Position numbers and translations under genes: made by a program. The notes below the pieces were generated by a model that saw only the letters and a list, made by a program, of their open reading frames with translations, was not told the origin of the DNA and searched no databases. Shown piece by piece: positions 10,926 to 22,238 of a stretch of 50,403 nucleotides of DNA (the stretch's first letter is position 1; every line of letters starts with the position of its first letter). Source of the DNA: Octopus bimaculoides. Lineage: Eukaryota. The stretch is from positions 69,409,607-69,460,009 of the forward strand of contig NC_068989.1 in NCBI RefSeq assembly GCF_001194135.2. The letters are read 5' to 3'.

Positions 10926-11042
10926 GAGAGCCAAGGGTAGAATAAAAGTCATAAAATCTGGGGAATCTGTGTTGTGAACCTATGGCTCAGTAAGAACCTT
11001 GGTCGTTTTTTGGATGCACCTGTATATATTTATATTTTCTGT

Positions 11043-11271
11043 TTAACCCTAAAGTGTTTAAGCTGGCCTTATCTGGCTCAAATATTCCAACCAGTTTTAT
11101 ATTCAAACTGGCAAGATTCAGCCATTTACACCTACCCTACAATGTCATTCTAAAACTAAACAAACACACCATCGAAATCTCAAAGCTTCAAGTTAATGCA
11201 TGATTAATTCAAAACAACGTGAATTAATTAGCTTTACATTTGACAGAGTAATCTGACTGCTAAAGGGTTAG
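11043..11271 (+). mobile_element. TTAA-ended (piggyBac-like) MITE family P1
   Basis: ttaaccct...aaagggtta termini; homologous copies at 41258, 43165 and 49087. Confidence 0.75.
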
Positions 11272-11289
11272 AGCCTACTTTCTAAGCTT

Positions 11290-11612
11290 GCATGACTCAG
11301 ATAGAATTCTTTGAGACAGACTTTTTAATGGCTGGATGCTCTTCTTGCCATCAATTCTCACCTGTTTCCATATAAGGTAATATTTCTCCTTGGCTAGATA
11401 TGTTTTTACAGAAGATTGGAAATGAAATGACACTTTTCCTATCATGTTTACAACTATTGTTAGTTGATGTCAAGACAAGGAAGTGCACACACACACACAC
11501 ACACACACACAACACACAGAGTCACACATGTGCACACACACACACACACACACATGCACACAGTCACACATGCACAGACACACACTCACACATGCACAGA
11601 CACACACTCACA
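11290..11612 (-). mobile_element. SINE tail type E with (CA)n hinge
   Basis: ggatgc...aaggtaatattt...gaagattggaaatgaa...gtcaagacaagg followed by a (CA)-rich tract. Confidence 0.7.
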
Positions 11613-12247
11613 CATCATCATCATCACTATTTAACATCCATTTTCTAATGTACTCTCATTAAAATGATGATGATGATGATGCTACTGCTGCTGCTAATGA
11701 TGACAACAGGCAAGAATATACTAGAGTTATTAATAGTCTTAGCGTCCATAACTTATAATGTAGATGGGGACTCTGTTGAAAACGGATGTGTGTGTATGTA
11801 TGTACATACATACATGCATACATACATCAACAAAATAGATATAAGGGGACAAGACTTAGTATAATCAAGTGGCAATAGATTAGATTGTTATCTAGCAAAT
11901 ATTTTGACAAATTCATTGAGATGAATAATTGATAGTTGAAATACCTAATAATTTGTATTCATCTCTCTTTTTTCATTATTTCCTGAGATTCATACTGTAT
12001 ATTTATGTTTAATTTACGACCATATTAACTTCTATATTGAATTACTTTCCATCCACTTGTGCATCTGGAACACTGTTAATTAAACAGTATAACTCATATG
12101 CTGTTGTCATTATAGCTTATGAACTCTGTAATTTATTGTCTATTTAAGATATTATATGGTTTTATTTTCTAAATAACTGATAAACAGGTTTATCAAATAA
12201 ACATTATATAAGGTTCAGAAATGTTATATATTTTTTACACTATATAT

Positions 12248-13286
12248 CTTCGTCGTCGTCGTTTAACGTCCGCTTTCCATGCTAGCATGGGTTGGATGAT
12301 TTGACTGAGGACTGGTAAACCAGATGGCTACACCAGGCTCCAATCTGATTTGGCAGAGTTTCTACAGCTGGATGCCCTTCCTAACGCCGACTACTCCGAG
12401 AGTGTAGTAGGTGCTTTTACGTGCCACAGGCACGAAGCCAGTCAGACGGTACTGGCAATGGCCACGCTCAAAATGGTGTATTTTACGTGCCACCTGCACA
12501 GGAGCCAGTTCGGCGGCACTGGCAACNNNNNNNNNNNNNNNNNNNNNNNNNNNNNNNNNNNNNNNNNNNNNNNNNNNNNNNNNNNNNNNNNNNNNNNNNN
12601 NNNNNNNNNNNNNNNNNNNNNNNNNNNNGTTTTTGCTTTCGCTTTCCACAATAAGTCTTTGCAAGCCCATTGACGGTTTCGCTTTCGCTTGCCCCAATAA
12701 GTCTTCGCAAGCCGAGTTTCGTTTCCAGTGAAGGAGACGATGTTGGCATGGGTGCCAGTCGTCGAATTTAATTCAGTTTCGATTTCACTTGCCTCAACAG
12801 GTCTTCGCAAGCGGAGTTTAGTGTCCAATGAAGGATGGTACGTATAAGTGGGCTGCCTGAGGCCTTCGATTTAGGTCTCACTTGGCTTGCTGGGTCTTCT
12901 CACGCACAGCACATTTCCAAAGGTCTCGGTCAGTAGTCATCGCCTCGGTGAGGCCCAATGTTCGAAGGTCATGCCTCACCACCTCATCCCAGGTCTTCCT
13001 AGGCCTACCTCTTCCACAAGTTCCCTCCACTGCTATCCTTATCCTTATCCATTCTTGCTACATGACCATACCAGCGCAATTGTCTTTCTTGCACACCACA
13101 ACTGATGCTTCGTAAGTTCAACTTTTCTCTCAAGGTACTGATACTCTGTCTAGTATGCACACTGACATTACACATCCATCGGAGCATACTGGCTTCATTC
13201 CTTGCGAGCCTACGCATGTCCTCAGCAGTCACGGCCCATGTTTCACTGCCATGAAGCATGGCTGTTCGTACACATGCATCATACAA
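12248..13286 (-). mobile_element. RTE LINE 3' fragment with extended repetitive 3'UTR and (GAC)n tail variant
   Basis: ORF 13005-13286 YDACVRTAMLHGSETW...LRWYGHV; CpG-rich, so relatively young. Confidence 0.9.
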
Positions 13287-13301
13287 TCTATATTATATGC
13301 A

Positions 13302-13319
13302 CAGGGTGCAATGGGTAAA
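13302..13319 (+). mobile_element. Isolated maT left-terminal fragment
   Basis: cagggtgcaatgggtaaa matches 8202-8218. Confidence 0.6.
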
Positions 13320-13759
13320 CATTATCATCATCATTATCATCAAGATAATTATCATCATTATGATCATTAATTTTCAAATTACTGGAGTCCATTGCTCTAC
13401 TAATAGCAAAGTATAACCGGTTGTGCATAAACATAGGAGTGAGTAAAAATACACCTACATGGTCTAAAGTCTGGGCCTGTGCCTTGTTTGCTGTGAATGT
13501 AGAGTGGAATCTTTAGGGTTGCAACAAACCAAACTAAAACTTACCTCTCACTGTTCTATGCGAATAATGTCTGGACATTCTGGTACCATAGGTTATTTTG
13601 ATTGACAAAACTGAGATGTAAGCAACAGCTGCTTCAATTAGCTGTTTCGAATCCTGCTTGAGACTGACACACTTCAATAAGCACTAAATAATCACACACA
13701 CTATATACTGACACACTTTTTCCATTTTATTTTCGTTATTAACCATCCTCACAACTCCC

Positions 13760-14400
13760 TTCCTATCTACGATGAGGCCACAAATTATATGATGAAAATC
13801 CAGAGTTATTTCTGGTTGGTGAAATTTTAATAAAAATGCAAAGGTGGTTTATCGATTCAAAAATTGATATCCATGAAAAAATCCTACTTTCTGATTTTTT
13901 AATGCTATAAACCTTCCTGATGACCATCTTTGTAATCCTGAAAACTATCTTAACCATTAGTCCAGCCGTCTGGCTGTGAAAAGGGAACAGACAAAGAGAC
14001 GGATAGACGGACATAACGCCCATTATAGTAAGATAGCAAATCTGCTCATCTACGATGGGAAATAAAGGGATAGTATCGCAAATCTAAACCCTCTAAATTC
14101 ACAAAAACCTTCCTGATTACCTCCTTCATAATCCTGGAAAACGTCGGGAGAGTTAATCCTCGTCAAAATCCAGAGTTAATCCTCGTCACCAGAATTTTAA
14201 CAAAAAATGTCAAAGGGGATTTATTAATACAAAACTCAATGTCCACTAAATAATACTTTTTCACATTTCTTTCACTAAAAACCTTCCTGATTACCTCCTT
14301 CGTAATCCTGGAAAACATCATTACCATTGGTCTGGCTGTTTGACCATGAAGAGGGAAGAGACAGACAGACAGACGGACATAATGCCCATTATAGTAAGAT
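13760..14400 (+). mobile_element. Two head-to-tail copies of a non-autonomous Helitron-like (Lep1/HINE-like) element
   Basis: Both units end acaga(c)..gacggacataa(c/t)gcccattatagtaagat and share aaaccttcctgat..gtaatcctg. Confidence 0.45.
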
Positions 14401-14793
14401 GATGACGATGATCATCTTTTTAACGTCCACTTTTTCATGTTTACATAAGTCAAACAACATTTGTTGCAGCAGATTTTCTATGACTGGATGCCCTTTCTGT
14501 TGCAGCCAGCCGTTTATTTTCAAGCAGAGTAATATTCCTCTATTGTCAGGCATGCTTTTCATAGAAGATTGGAAATGAACAACATTGTTTGTATGATGTT
14601 TGTTTGCAACCATCACATGATGTCAAGACAAGGGCACATACACACACACACATACACACACATGATGGGAGATTCTTTCAGTTTCCATCTACCAAATCCA
14701 TTCACATGACTTTGGTCAGCCTGGGAGTTGTAGCAGAAGACACTTGCTCAAGGTGCCACAAGACAGGACTAAACTAGAGACCACCTGGTTGGG

Positions 14794-14797
<4 letters not shown>
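14398..14797 (-). mobile_element. Composite SINE: family A head, (GT)n hinge, type E tail
   Basis: Head 14660-14797 joined through (CA)n 14636-14661 to the E tail ending in gatgatg. Confidence 0.75.
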
Positions 14798-14849
<52 letters not shown>

Positions 14850-15149
14850 ATATGTAAACAAGCATCACAATCATACAGTATTTCATGAAATATGTGAAAA
14901 AATTAAGAGAATCTGAAAAATTTTCTTTTGGTAAAAATGCTACTGAGGTGTCTCTGGTTCTCGCAGCATAAGGTGGTGTTTTCAAAGTAATATGGTAAAA
15001 CTGCTTTCCACAGTTAAATTTCTCCTACCTGACAGCTAAAGTAAGAGAAAATATTGTCCATCTTCCATTGTCATCGTTCTGTCTGTCCAATCTTCACTTT
15101 CACAACAAAGACAAAAGACAAAAATAGTAGATCCGTCATTCTTCACAAC

Positions 15150-15385
15150 AATGAATGTTACCTAACTCTTCAATAAACTCACGACTGGATGCTCATATGT
15201 TGAAATTGACTACAGAGGCCACCACACCCATCATGTCCTTCAGTTTTAAGACAGTACAGTGTAGTTTGAGGAATTTGGTTGCTCTTTCTAGCAGCTCGTT
15301 TGACCAGTCTCCTTCCTTGGTTTGTAAATTGATTAGATTAACTATGGAGCTGGGTAAAATGAGTTTCAGTTTGTGCCTGTATATA
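15150..15385 (-). pseudogene. hAT (Charlie/SPIN-like) transposase remnant
   Basis: Minus-strand translation ...KFLKLHCTVLKLKDMMGVVASVVNFNI*ASSREFIEELG resembles the recalled HC...LKMEHVMDVVVKTVNFI...F.EEIG segment. Confidence 0.45.
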
Positions 15386-15687
15386 TGTGTGTGGTAGTCA
15401 CATTTCCCCTGAATTTATTAAAGGGAAAGTACAGACCAATACTTCTTACAGTGGTAATTAAATCTCATAGCTACTTTGATGTGTATATAAGTTAGTGTTT
15501 GTCTGAATCAAAGTAAAGAACTGTTGAAAAATTCAAGGATTAATGTTTACTCTGTGTTTGTTTTCATTTTACCAGATATTCTACTTATGAACAAATTTCT
15601 ACTTTGTAGATACACTAGTAGACTGATTTCCTAGTTTTTAATTCATTGACTAAAATACTGTACTGTCATTTCTATTGAAAAGTATAA

Positions 15688-15723
<36 letters not shown>

Positions 15724-16064
15724 ACACACACGTCTATATATGGCGTGGCATTTCCTTTTGTTTGCTCCTGTCCTTTCAAGGTTGTCTGTGCTAGTCAGCT
15801 GCAATCTTCTTTAATGACCCATGAGAAATTAAACGACATTGTTCCATAATAATAAAAATATATAAAGACTTCATTTGAAAAGAATTTCAAACTCCCTGCA
15901 TGAGAATGAGGAGGAGGGGCATGGAAGTATGAAAGTATTTAACAAAATTTACTACATTGGAAGATTGTAATTTTTGTTTCACAAAAAATGATTCTTTTTC
16001 AAACATTTTGTTAAATATTTGAGTCCCAGTTGAGGTTGTCTATTTTCCAAGGTACACGATTAGG

Positions 16065-16068
<4 letters not shown>

Positions 16069-16130
<62 letters not shown>

Positions 16131-16151
16131 GATAGAGTGTGAGAGAGAGAG
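16069..16151. repeat. (CT)n(CA)n...(GT)(GA)n compound microsatellite
   Basis: Direct reading. Confidence 0.9.
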
Positions 16152-16339
16152 TGGAAAAAGTAAAACAACTAATTATATGAATATATATAATTGATTTGTT
16201 ATTAAATGATGAAAACAATAACATTTTTACTTTAAAACAAAAAACGTTAAAAACTCCTTATAATTTTGGAATTGGTCTTTTAAAAAGAAAGCAAGCTATC
16301 ATAGGAAATAGGGGAGTTAAGGATTACAGGACAATGACA

Positions 16340-16596
16340 ATGACGACGACAACCATCATCATCATCATCATCATTATCATTGTTTTATTGTCCACTTTTC
16401 CATGTTTATATGGATGAGACAGAATTCGTTGAGGCATATTTTCTACAGCTGAATGCCTTTTCTGTCACCAACCCTGATCTGCTTCCAAGTAAGGTAATAT
16501 TTCCCCTTACCCAAACGTTTTTCATAGAAGACTGGAAAAGAACAGCATGGCTTGTATGATAGAGATGCTCATTTTACAAACATCATGTGATATTGG

Positions 16597-16638
<42 letters not shown>

Positions 16639-16955
16639 TCTTTCTACTAAAGGCACAAAGCCTGATATTTTGTAGGAGGAGGCTAGTTGATGACATTGAT
16701 CCCAGTGCACAACTGGTATTTCTGTCATCAATCTCTGTGTCCATCAACCATGAAAGGATGAAAATCAAAGTCGATCTTGGTAGAATTTGAACTCAGAATG
16801 TAATGATTCTGCCATCTCACCTTATATATATATTTATACGCAACAGCCTTCTTTCTACCAAATCCTCTCACAAGACTATGTAGGCCCAAGGTGCTATGCA
16901 ATAGGACTGAACCTGAAACCACATAGTTGGGAAGCAAGCTTCTTAACCACACAGC
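16340..16955 (-). mobile_element. A-head / E-tail composite SINE with a family B SINE (16638-16820) inserted in its microsatellite hinge
   Basis: On + the order is E tail, (CA)n, SINE B, (TA)n, A head. Confidence 0.7.
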
Positions 16956-17100
16956 TGTCTGAAGATTTAGTTTTTTTCTTTTTCTTTTTATTGTAGATAT
17001 TTTTAATTCTTGTGTGTTTGTGTGTGTGATTTTTATTTTATATCTTCATTTAATGACTATTTAAGCATCATGACCAATATCTAATTAAAAGGTCATTTAG

Positions 17101-17150
17101 TTAAATGTTAAATACTTTCTCTGTTTCATGATGGAGGAAGCCAGAAAAAC
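17101..17150 (+). CDS. Candidate exon 1 of a putative host gene (LNVKYFLCFMMEEARK)
   Basis: tttag| acceptor, |GTAAGT donor, open in frame 0, ends in phase 2. Confidence 0.3.
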
Positions 17151-17229
17151 GTAAGTTGTAATTTTGTGTGAGTATATTAACTTGTTCAATGAACAAGTAT
17201 TGTGAATGAAGTATTCACTCATACCAACA

Positions 17230-17480
17230 AGGGAACATTAATGTGGTCAGCCAATATACTAGAAATAATAGTCAAATCTCTCACAGATCACAACCTATCA
17301 TGTTAAATAAGTAAAAGTTACATAACATAGTTGTACATAACTCTAAAAGTGACCACTCAGCCTGCATCAACATTGGACAATACAGTGCAAGGAGTACAAA
17401 AAAATTAAATGAGATGGTCACAGCTGAATTGCCTTTGGTTATAGATTTCTTTTAGATAAGCCAAGTCTTCCACAACTCAT
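17230..17480 (+). mobile_element. Unclassified retroposon-like family F, with related fragments near 18160-18305 and 24200-24290
   Basis: Shared ...gaatgcctttg(a/g)t(c/t)atag...-type tail among the three sites. Confidence 0.4.
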
Positions 17481-17709
17481 TATCATTGTTTTAATGTCCT
17501 CTTTTCCATATTTGCATGGGTCAGATGGACTTCATTGAGGCAGATTTTCTAGGGATGGATGCTTTTTGTTGCCAACCCTCACTTCCAAGTAAGGTAATGG
17601 TATATGTTAAAGTCTGTCATACCGGCCATGATGAAATACTACAAAGTATAGAAAATATGAAATACCACAAGGTATAGAAAATATTCGCCTTTATATATTT
17701 ATATATTTA

Positions 17710-17947
17710 ATCCTTTATATTGAACACTCAATATTTCATCTATTCAATAAGACATATTCCATATATTCAATAAGACATTCAATACTTTATTTCATAGTAC
17801 CATCCATTTTTATTTTATATTATATATTGTATATTATATTATATATTGTATATTCCATATTCTATATCCCACATTGGTTTTGCAGGTATATAAATAAAAC
17901 ATAAAAAACAGACAGTGTTGGAACTCTTTTAAACAAAATAATATATT
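17710..17947 (+). repeat. AT-rich repeat, left arm of an inverted pair
   Basis: Reverse complement of 18839-19010. Confidence 0.8.
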
Positions 17948-18351
17948 CCTCTATACACAATCATACAAAAAAAACCCTTTTTTTGTATTTATTTTTACTC
18001 GCATATATATATATATATATACATATATTTATATATATATGCACATAACACGCCTTTTTTTACCTTCCATTTAGTCACAAAACTTTCATCAGCTTGGAAC
18101 TGTAACAGAAGACAGTTGCATAAGGTACCATGCAGTGGGGCTGAACCCAAAGCCAGCACTCCACTATCTTAAATAAAGAGAGGATACATCAGATAATGCA
18201 TTCAAAGATAACCTCTAAAAAAAGGTGGAACACACATAGTTTGAAGGCCTTTGATCATAGATTTACTTAGTCAGGGTTGAGTTAAGACTTCACAACAAAG
18301 CAACTTGTATTTGGAGATCTAAAACAAGATAATTATATTTAATGTATTTAG

Positions 18352-18410
18352 CTATATAAAAGAGTCTGTCACCAGTTCAATATTTGATCTGCATCAAAAA
18401 TATAAAAAAT
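18352..18410 (+). CDS. Candidate exon 2 (YIKESVTSSIFDLHQKYKK)
   Basis: tatttag| acceptor, |GTAAAT donor, phase 2 to 1, open. Confidence 0.35.
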
Positions 18411-18659
18411 GTAAATAGAACACACCTTTTTTAATTAACATAAGCAAGGTCTGTAATATCCATTGATTACATTAGCAATTGGAGTGTTGTCTTTGATTGA
18501 CACATCTTAATTAATGCATTTTTTTAAATTAGAGTATTTGTGTAATGATGGTTAACATTAATGTAGTATCATCATAAACACTGAGATGAGTTAAGAAATA
18601 CTTTTCATTCCCTCCTGTATTACCACAATATTTATTACTCATATCAGTTCAATAAATAT

Positions 18660-18820
18660 TATTCGATGAGGGCACATGACCAGGTGTTAACTGTGATGAG
18701 TGCCCTTTTCTTTTGCTTGTTCACTCACTATAATTTTTCTCGTCTGTCCGTAAAGCCTTTTCTGTTTGTTTTCCTGTCTTGTTTTTTGTCCGCCACTACA
18801 TTCCTCCATGGCAAGATTTA
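18660..18820 (+). mobile_element. Possible decayed Penelope-like terminus
   Basis: cgatgagggcacatgacc remnant followed by a T/C-rich tail. Confidence 0.25.
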
Positions 18821-18838
18821 ATTTGTGTTTACAAATTT

Positions 18839-19010
18839 AATATATTATTCAAAAGAATTCCAACTCTGTCTGTTTTTTATGTTTTATTTATATTCTTATA
18901 AAATTAATGTGGGATATAGAATATGGAAAATATAGTATATATAATAAAATGAAATGAAGTATTGAATGTCTTATTGAATAAATGAAATATTGAATATTAA
19001 ATATATAAGG
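18839..19010 (-). repeat. AT-rich repeat, right arm of the inverted pair
   Basis: Reverse complement of 17710-17947. Confidence 0.8.
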
Positions 19011-19609
19011 ACTAGTACAGTCTTCAAGGTCCCATGTGACAGAAGTGTTTTAACTGTAGTTGACTGGCTGTCTTTTTGCCCTTTATACACATTCCTTTGG
19101 ACAGCAGCAGTAGGTGTTTGGCTATTTTTAGAGATGATGCCAAACCATTTTTCAATGTTTATCTTTAGAAATGATGACATTTGAGAGATTTTCTTGTGTT
19201 TTAGTTCTAGGGATAAGATTTTAAAACCCCAAGTAAGATTAATTTAATCATTGTTCGTTAAGATTGGGTTTGAATTTCTTAATAAAGTCCTTTTCTCTCC
19301 GTTTTCTCTCAATTTCATTCAGGTTGTAAAGTTTATGAAATGGAAATATCATAAAAGTTTTTTGACCACATGTTGCCAGATGGTTACTCAGTGGTATTTG
19401 GCAATGAGCAGAAAGAAAGAACCCCTTTCATAGCGACGAGAGGGTCAAGGAGGAAGAGTGAGTGAGAGAGAGAGAGAGAGAGAGAGAGTGAGAGGGAACG
19501 GTGGAAGGGAGAGAAGAATAGGGAAAGGGTGGGAGAGAAAAACAGAAAGAATGAAGAACAAGAGAGGGAGAGAGATAGACAGGGAAGTGATAGTAATAGT
19601 AACAGAGTG

Positions 19610-20410
19610 TGCTTTGTAACGCCCAACAACCCTGTTCCACGGAATTGATCTCAAAATACCTCGGCCATGTCCTTGCCCTGTTAGTGGCTTTCTTCCCCTC
19701 CTACATCCATGACACTAACCATGCTCTCCATCTCTTCAACTCTTTCTCCTTCCCTCCTGGCCCTTCTAAACTTCTCTTCACACTTGATATCAAGAGTCTA
19801 TATATGGTGATCCCACACAACAAAGACTTCTTGCACTCAAACACTTCCTAGACCTTCAACCCAACCCACAACCTGACACCTCCACACTTCTTCAACTAGC
19901 CGAACTTGTTCTCTCCCTCAACTGCTTCTCGTTTGCAGGGGATTTTTACCAACAAGTCTCATGAGTGGCCATGGGACCTCCAACTATGCAAACCTGTTCG
20001 TTGGCTACATTGAAGCCCAAATAATCTCATGATTTACTGGTCCCTTTCCAAAACACATTCTGTGGACTATGCCTCTGCTCTCTCTCCCTGCACCCACCCA
20101 GCTGTTGCTGGTCTCCTGTTTCCCCTCACTTATCACCCTGCCTCACCAATGCACCATTCTCCAAGCCTTCCAGCCACTCCAGTCTGACCGCTCCATCTCG
20201 CACATCTTTCATCAACTTAACCCAAACCTGTCTGACCTCTTGGTCCAGTTTCTTCCCTAACCCCACCTCCCAACCTGGCTCGTTCCCCTGTGCCCACCCA
20301 TGTTACTGAACTTGCCACTACTTCTCCAACACTATCATCCTCACAGGGGCACCCATCATCGTCCGTATCATATCACTGACTCCTTTACTTGCACTTCTAG
20401 CAAAGTCACT
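19610..20410 (+). pseudogene. Penelope-like retroelement RT and Cys-rich linker remnant, internally deleted
   Basis: TELISKYL...SYIHDTNHAL...LFTLDIKSLY...LVLSLNCFSF...FYQQV...AMG...YANLFVGY, then TYHP, GSFPC.HP, SFTCTSS. Confidence 0.85.
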
Positions 20411-20419
20411 AGCCACTAT

Positions 20420-20473
<54 letters not shown>

Positions 20474-20994
20474 NNNNNNNNNNNNNNNNNNNNNNNNNNN
20501 NNNNNNNNNNNNNNNNNNNNNNNNNNNNNNNNNNNNNNNNNNNNNNNNNNNNNNNNNNNNNNNNNNNNNNNNNNNNNNNNNNNNNNNNNNNNNNNNNNNN
20601 NNNNNNNNNNNNNNNNNNNNNNNNNNNNNNNNNNNNNNNNNNNNNNNNNNNNNNNNNNNNNNNNNNNNNNNNNNNNNNNNNNNNNNNNNNNNNNNNNNNN
20701 NNNNNNNNNNNNNNNNNNNNNNNNNNNNNNNNNNNNNNNNNNNNNNNNNNNNNNNNNNNNNNNNNNNNNNNNNNNNNNNNNNNNNNNNNNNNNNNNNNNN
20801 NNNNNNNNNNNNNNNNNNNNNNNNNNNNNNNNNNNNNNNNNNNNNNNNNNNNNNNNNNNNNNNNNNNNNNNNNNNNNNNNNNNNNNNNNNNNNNNNNNNN
20901 NNNNNNNNNNNNNNNNNNNNNNNNNNNNNNNNNNNNNNNNNATGTATATATGTATGTATGTATATGTATATATGTATGTATGTATATAACTAAG

Positions 20995-21195
20995 CATGTG
21001 TCTTTGTGTTTGTATTTGTCTCCAATCACCATTTGACAACCAGTGTTGGTGTGCCTATATCCCCATAACTTAGCAGTTCAGCTAATGAGACTGATAGAAT
21101 AAGTACTAGGCTTAAGAAATAAGTCCTGGGGTCAATTTGTTCAAGGTGGTGCTCCAGCATGGCTGTAGTCAAATGCCAGAAACAAGTAAAAGAAT
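20995..21195 (+). mobile_element. SINE family A tail after a microsatellite
   Basis: gacaaccagtgttggtgtg...gtggtgctccagcatggc..gtcaaatg..gaaacaagtaaaag. Confidence 0.8.
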
Positions 21196-21344
21196 ATAAT
21201 GAACAAATTGTTACAGTTTTCTTCATCAACCTCGTCATGTTGATAATTTTTTTTTTACAATTGTTCCACAAATGTAAATGTCTAATTTTGTAAAGTTGTC
21301 CAGACAATCAAGAACAAAAAAGGAAGAAAAAGTCCTAAGAGAAT

Positions 21345-21605
21345 GAGTATGTGTGAGTGTGTTTCTGTGTCCTTTCCTTGACATTATGTGGTAAGTTGTA
21401 AATGAATGCCACTGTCATATAAGCAGTGTCATTCATTTTCAGTCTTCTGTGATAAATATGTCCAACCAAGGGGAAATGTTACTTTGCTTGAAACAGGTGA
21501 GGATTGGTGACAGGAAGAGCACTTGACCATAGAAAATCAACTTCAGCAATTTCTATGCAGTCGTTGAAAAGTGGACATGAAAACAATAATGATGATGATG
21601 ATGAT
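21345..21605 (+). mobile_element. SINE tail type E
   Basis: (gt)n..ccttgacatt...ggtgaggattggtgacaggaagagcac...(gat)n. Confidence 0.75.
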
Positions 21606-21822
21606 AACGGATAAAATTTGCAAAGGCATCCCAAATTATTTTTATCAACTGAACAAACACATAAAATGTATTCTGTGTGATGCAAGGGAAGTGAATTTGC
21701 ATTACTTAATGCTCTCCATATTTTCCATTGTTATCGATATGGAAATTTCATGGTAGACTTAAGAAGTACAAAGGCTTTGCTGAACCCTCTTATTTAACTT
21801 ATGACTGAAGAAACGTTGTCGT

Positions 21823-22118
21823 TTAACCCTTTTGATATCGAACTGCCTCTGATTGTCCCTGATTCTATGATCTAAACTTCCTGCTTGAATACTTTTGATA
21901 TCAACCCACCTTAGACTTCCTTTGATTCTACAATACAAATTTCCTCTTTTAAAATGATTTAAATAAAAACCTTCTTTCATTAAAATTTTATGTTTATCAA
22001 TGTTCCAAGTAACAGCTTAATGATGATACAGTTATTTTAATAAATACTTCATTATTTCCATAATTAATTGAAAGAAAGGCAGTGTATTTTAACTGAAATA
22101 TGATAACAAAAGGATTAA
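21823..22118 (+). mobile_element. TTAA-ended MITE family P2 with a duplicated 5' segment
   Basis: TTAA-ccctttTgata ... acaaaaggat-TTAA. Confidence 0.8.
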
Positions 22119-22238
22119 GAAGTAAAAATATTTTGCTGAATTGCTCATATTTTTTAACTTATAACTGAAGAAAATTTATAGCAAACCCTATTGGTACCAA
22201 CTCACCTAAAACTGTCCCATATTCGATAAGTTCAGTGT

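Noticed and set aside
13611-13652. Minus-strand CGAAAC + 6-bp stem + GUU, hammerhead-like
   Set aside because: No CUGANGA core or helix II in a usable position
13545-13683. Minus-strand 46-codon open segment with a GTAAGT donor
   Set aside because: The acceptor lacks a pyrimidine tract and no partner exons were found on that strand
14885-14990. KFSFGKNATE, resembling a mariner N-terminus
   Set aside because: Too short; no supporting downstream motif or TIR
15576-15843. Strong acceptors at 15575 and 15780
   Set aside because: No convincing donor in a phase compatible with the exon chain
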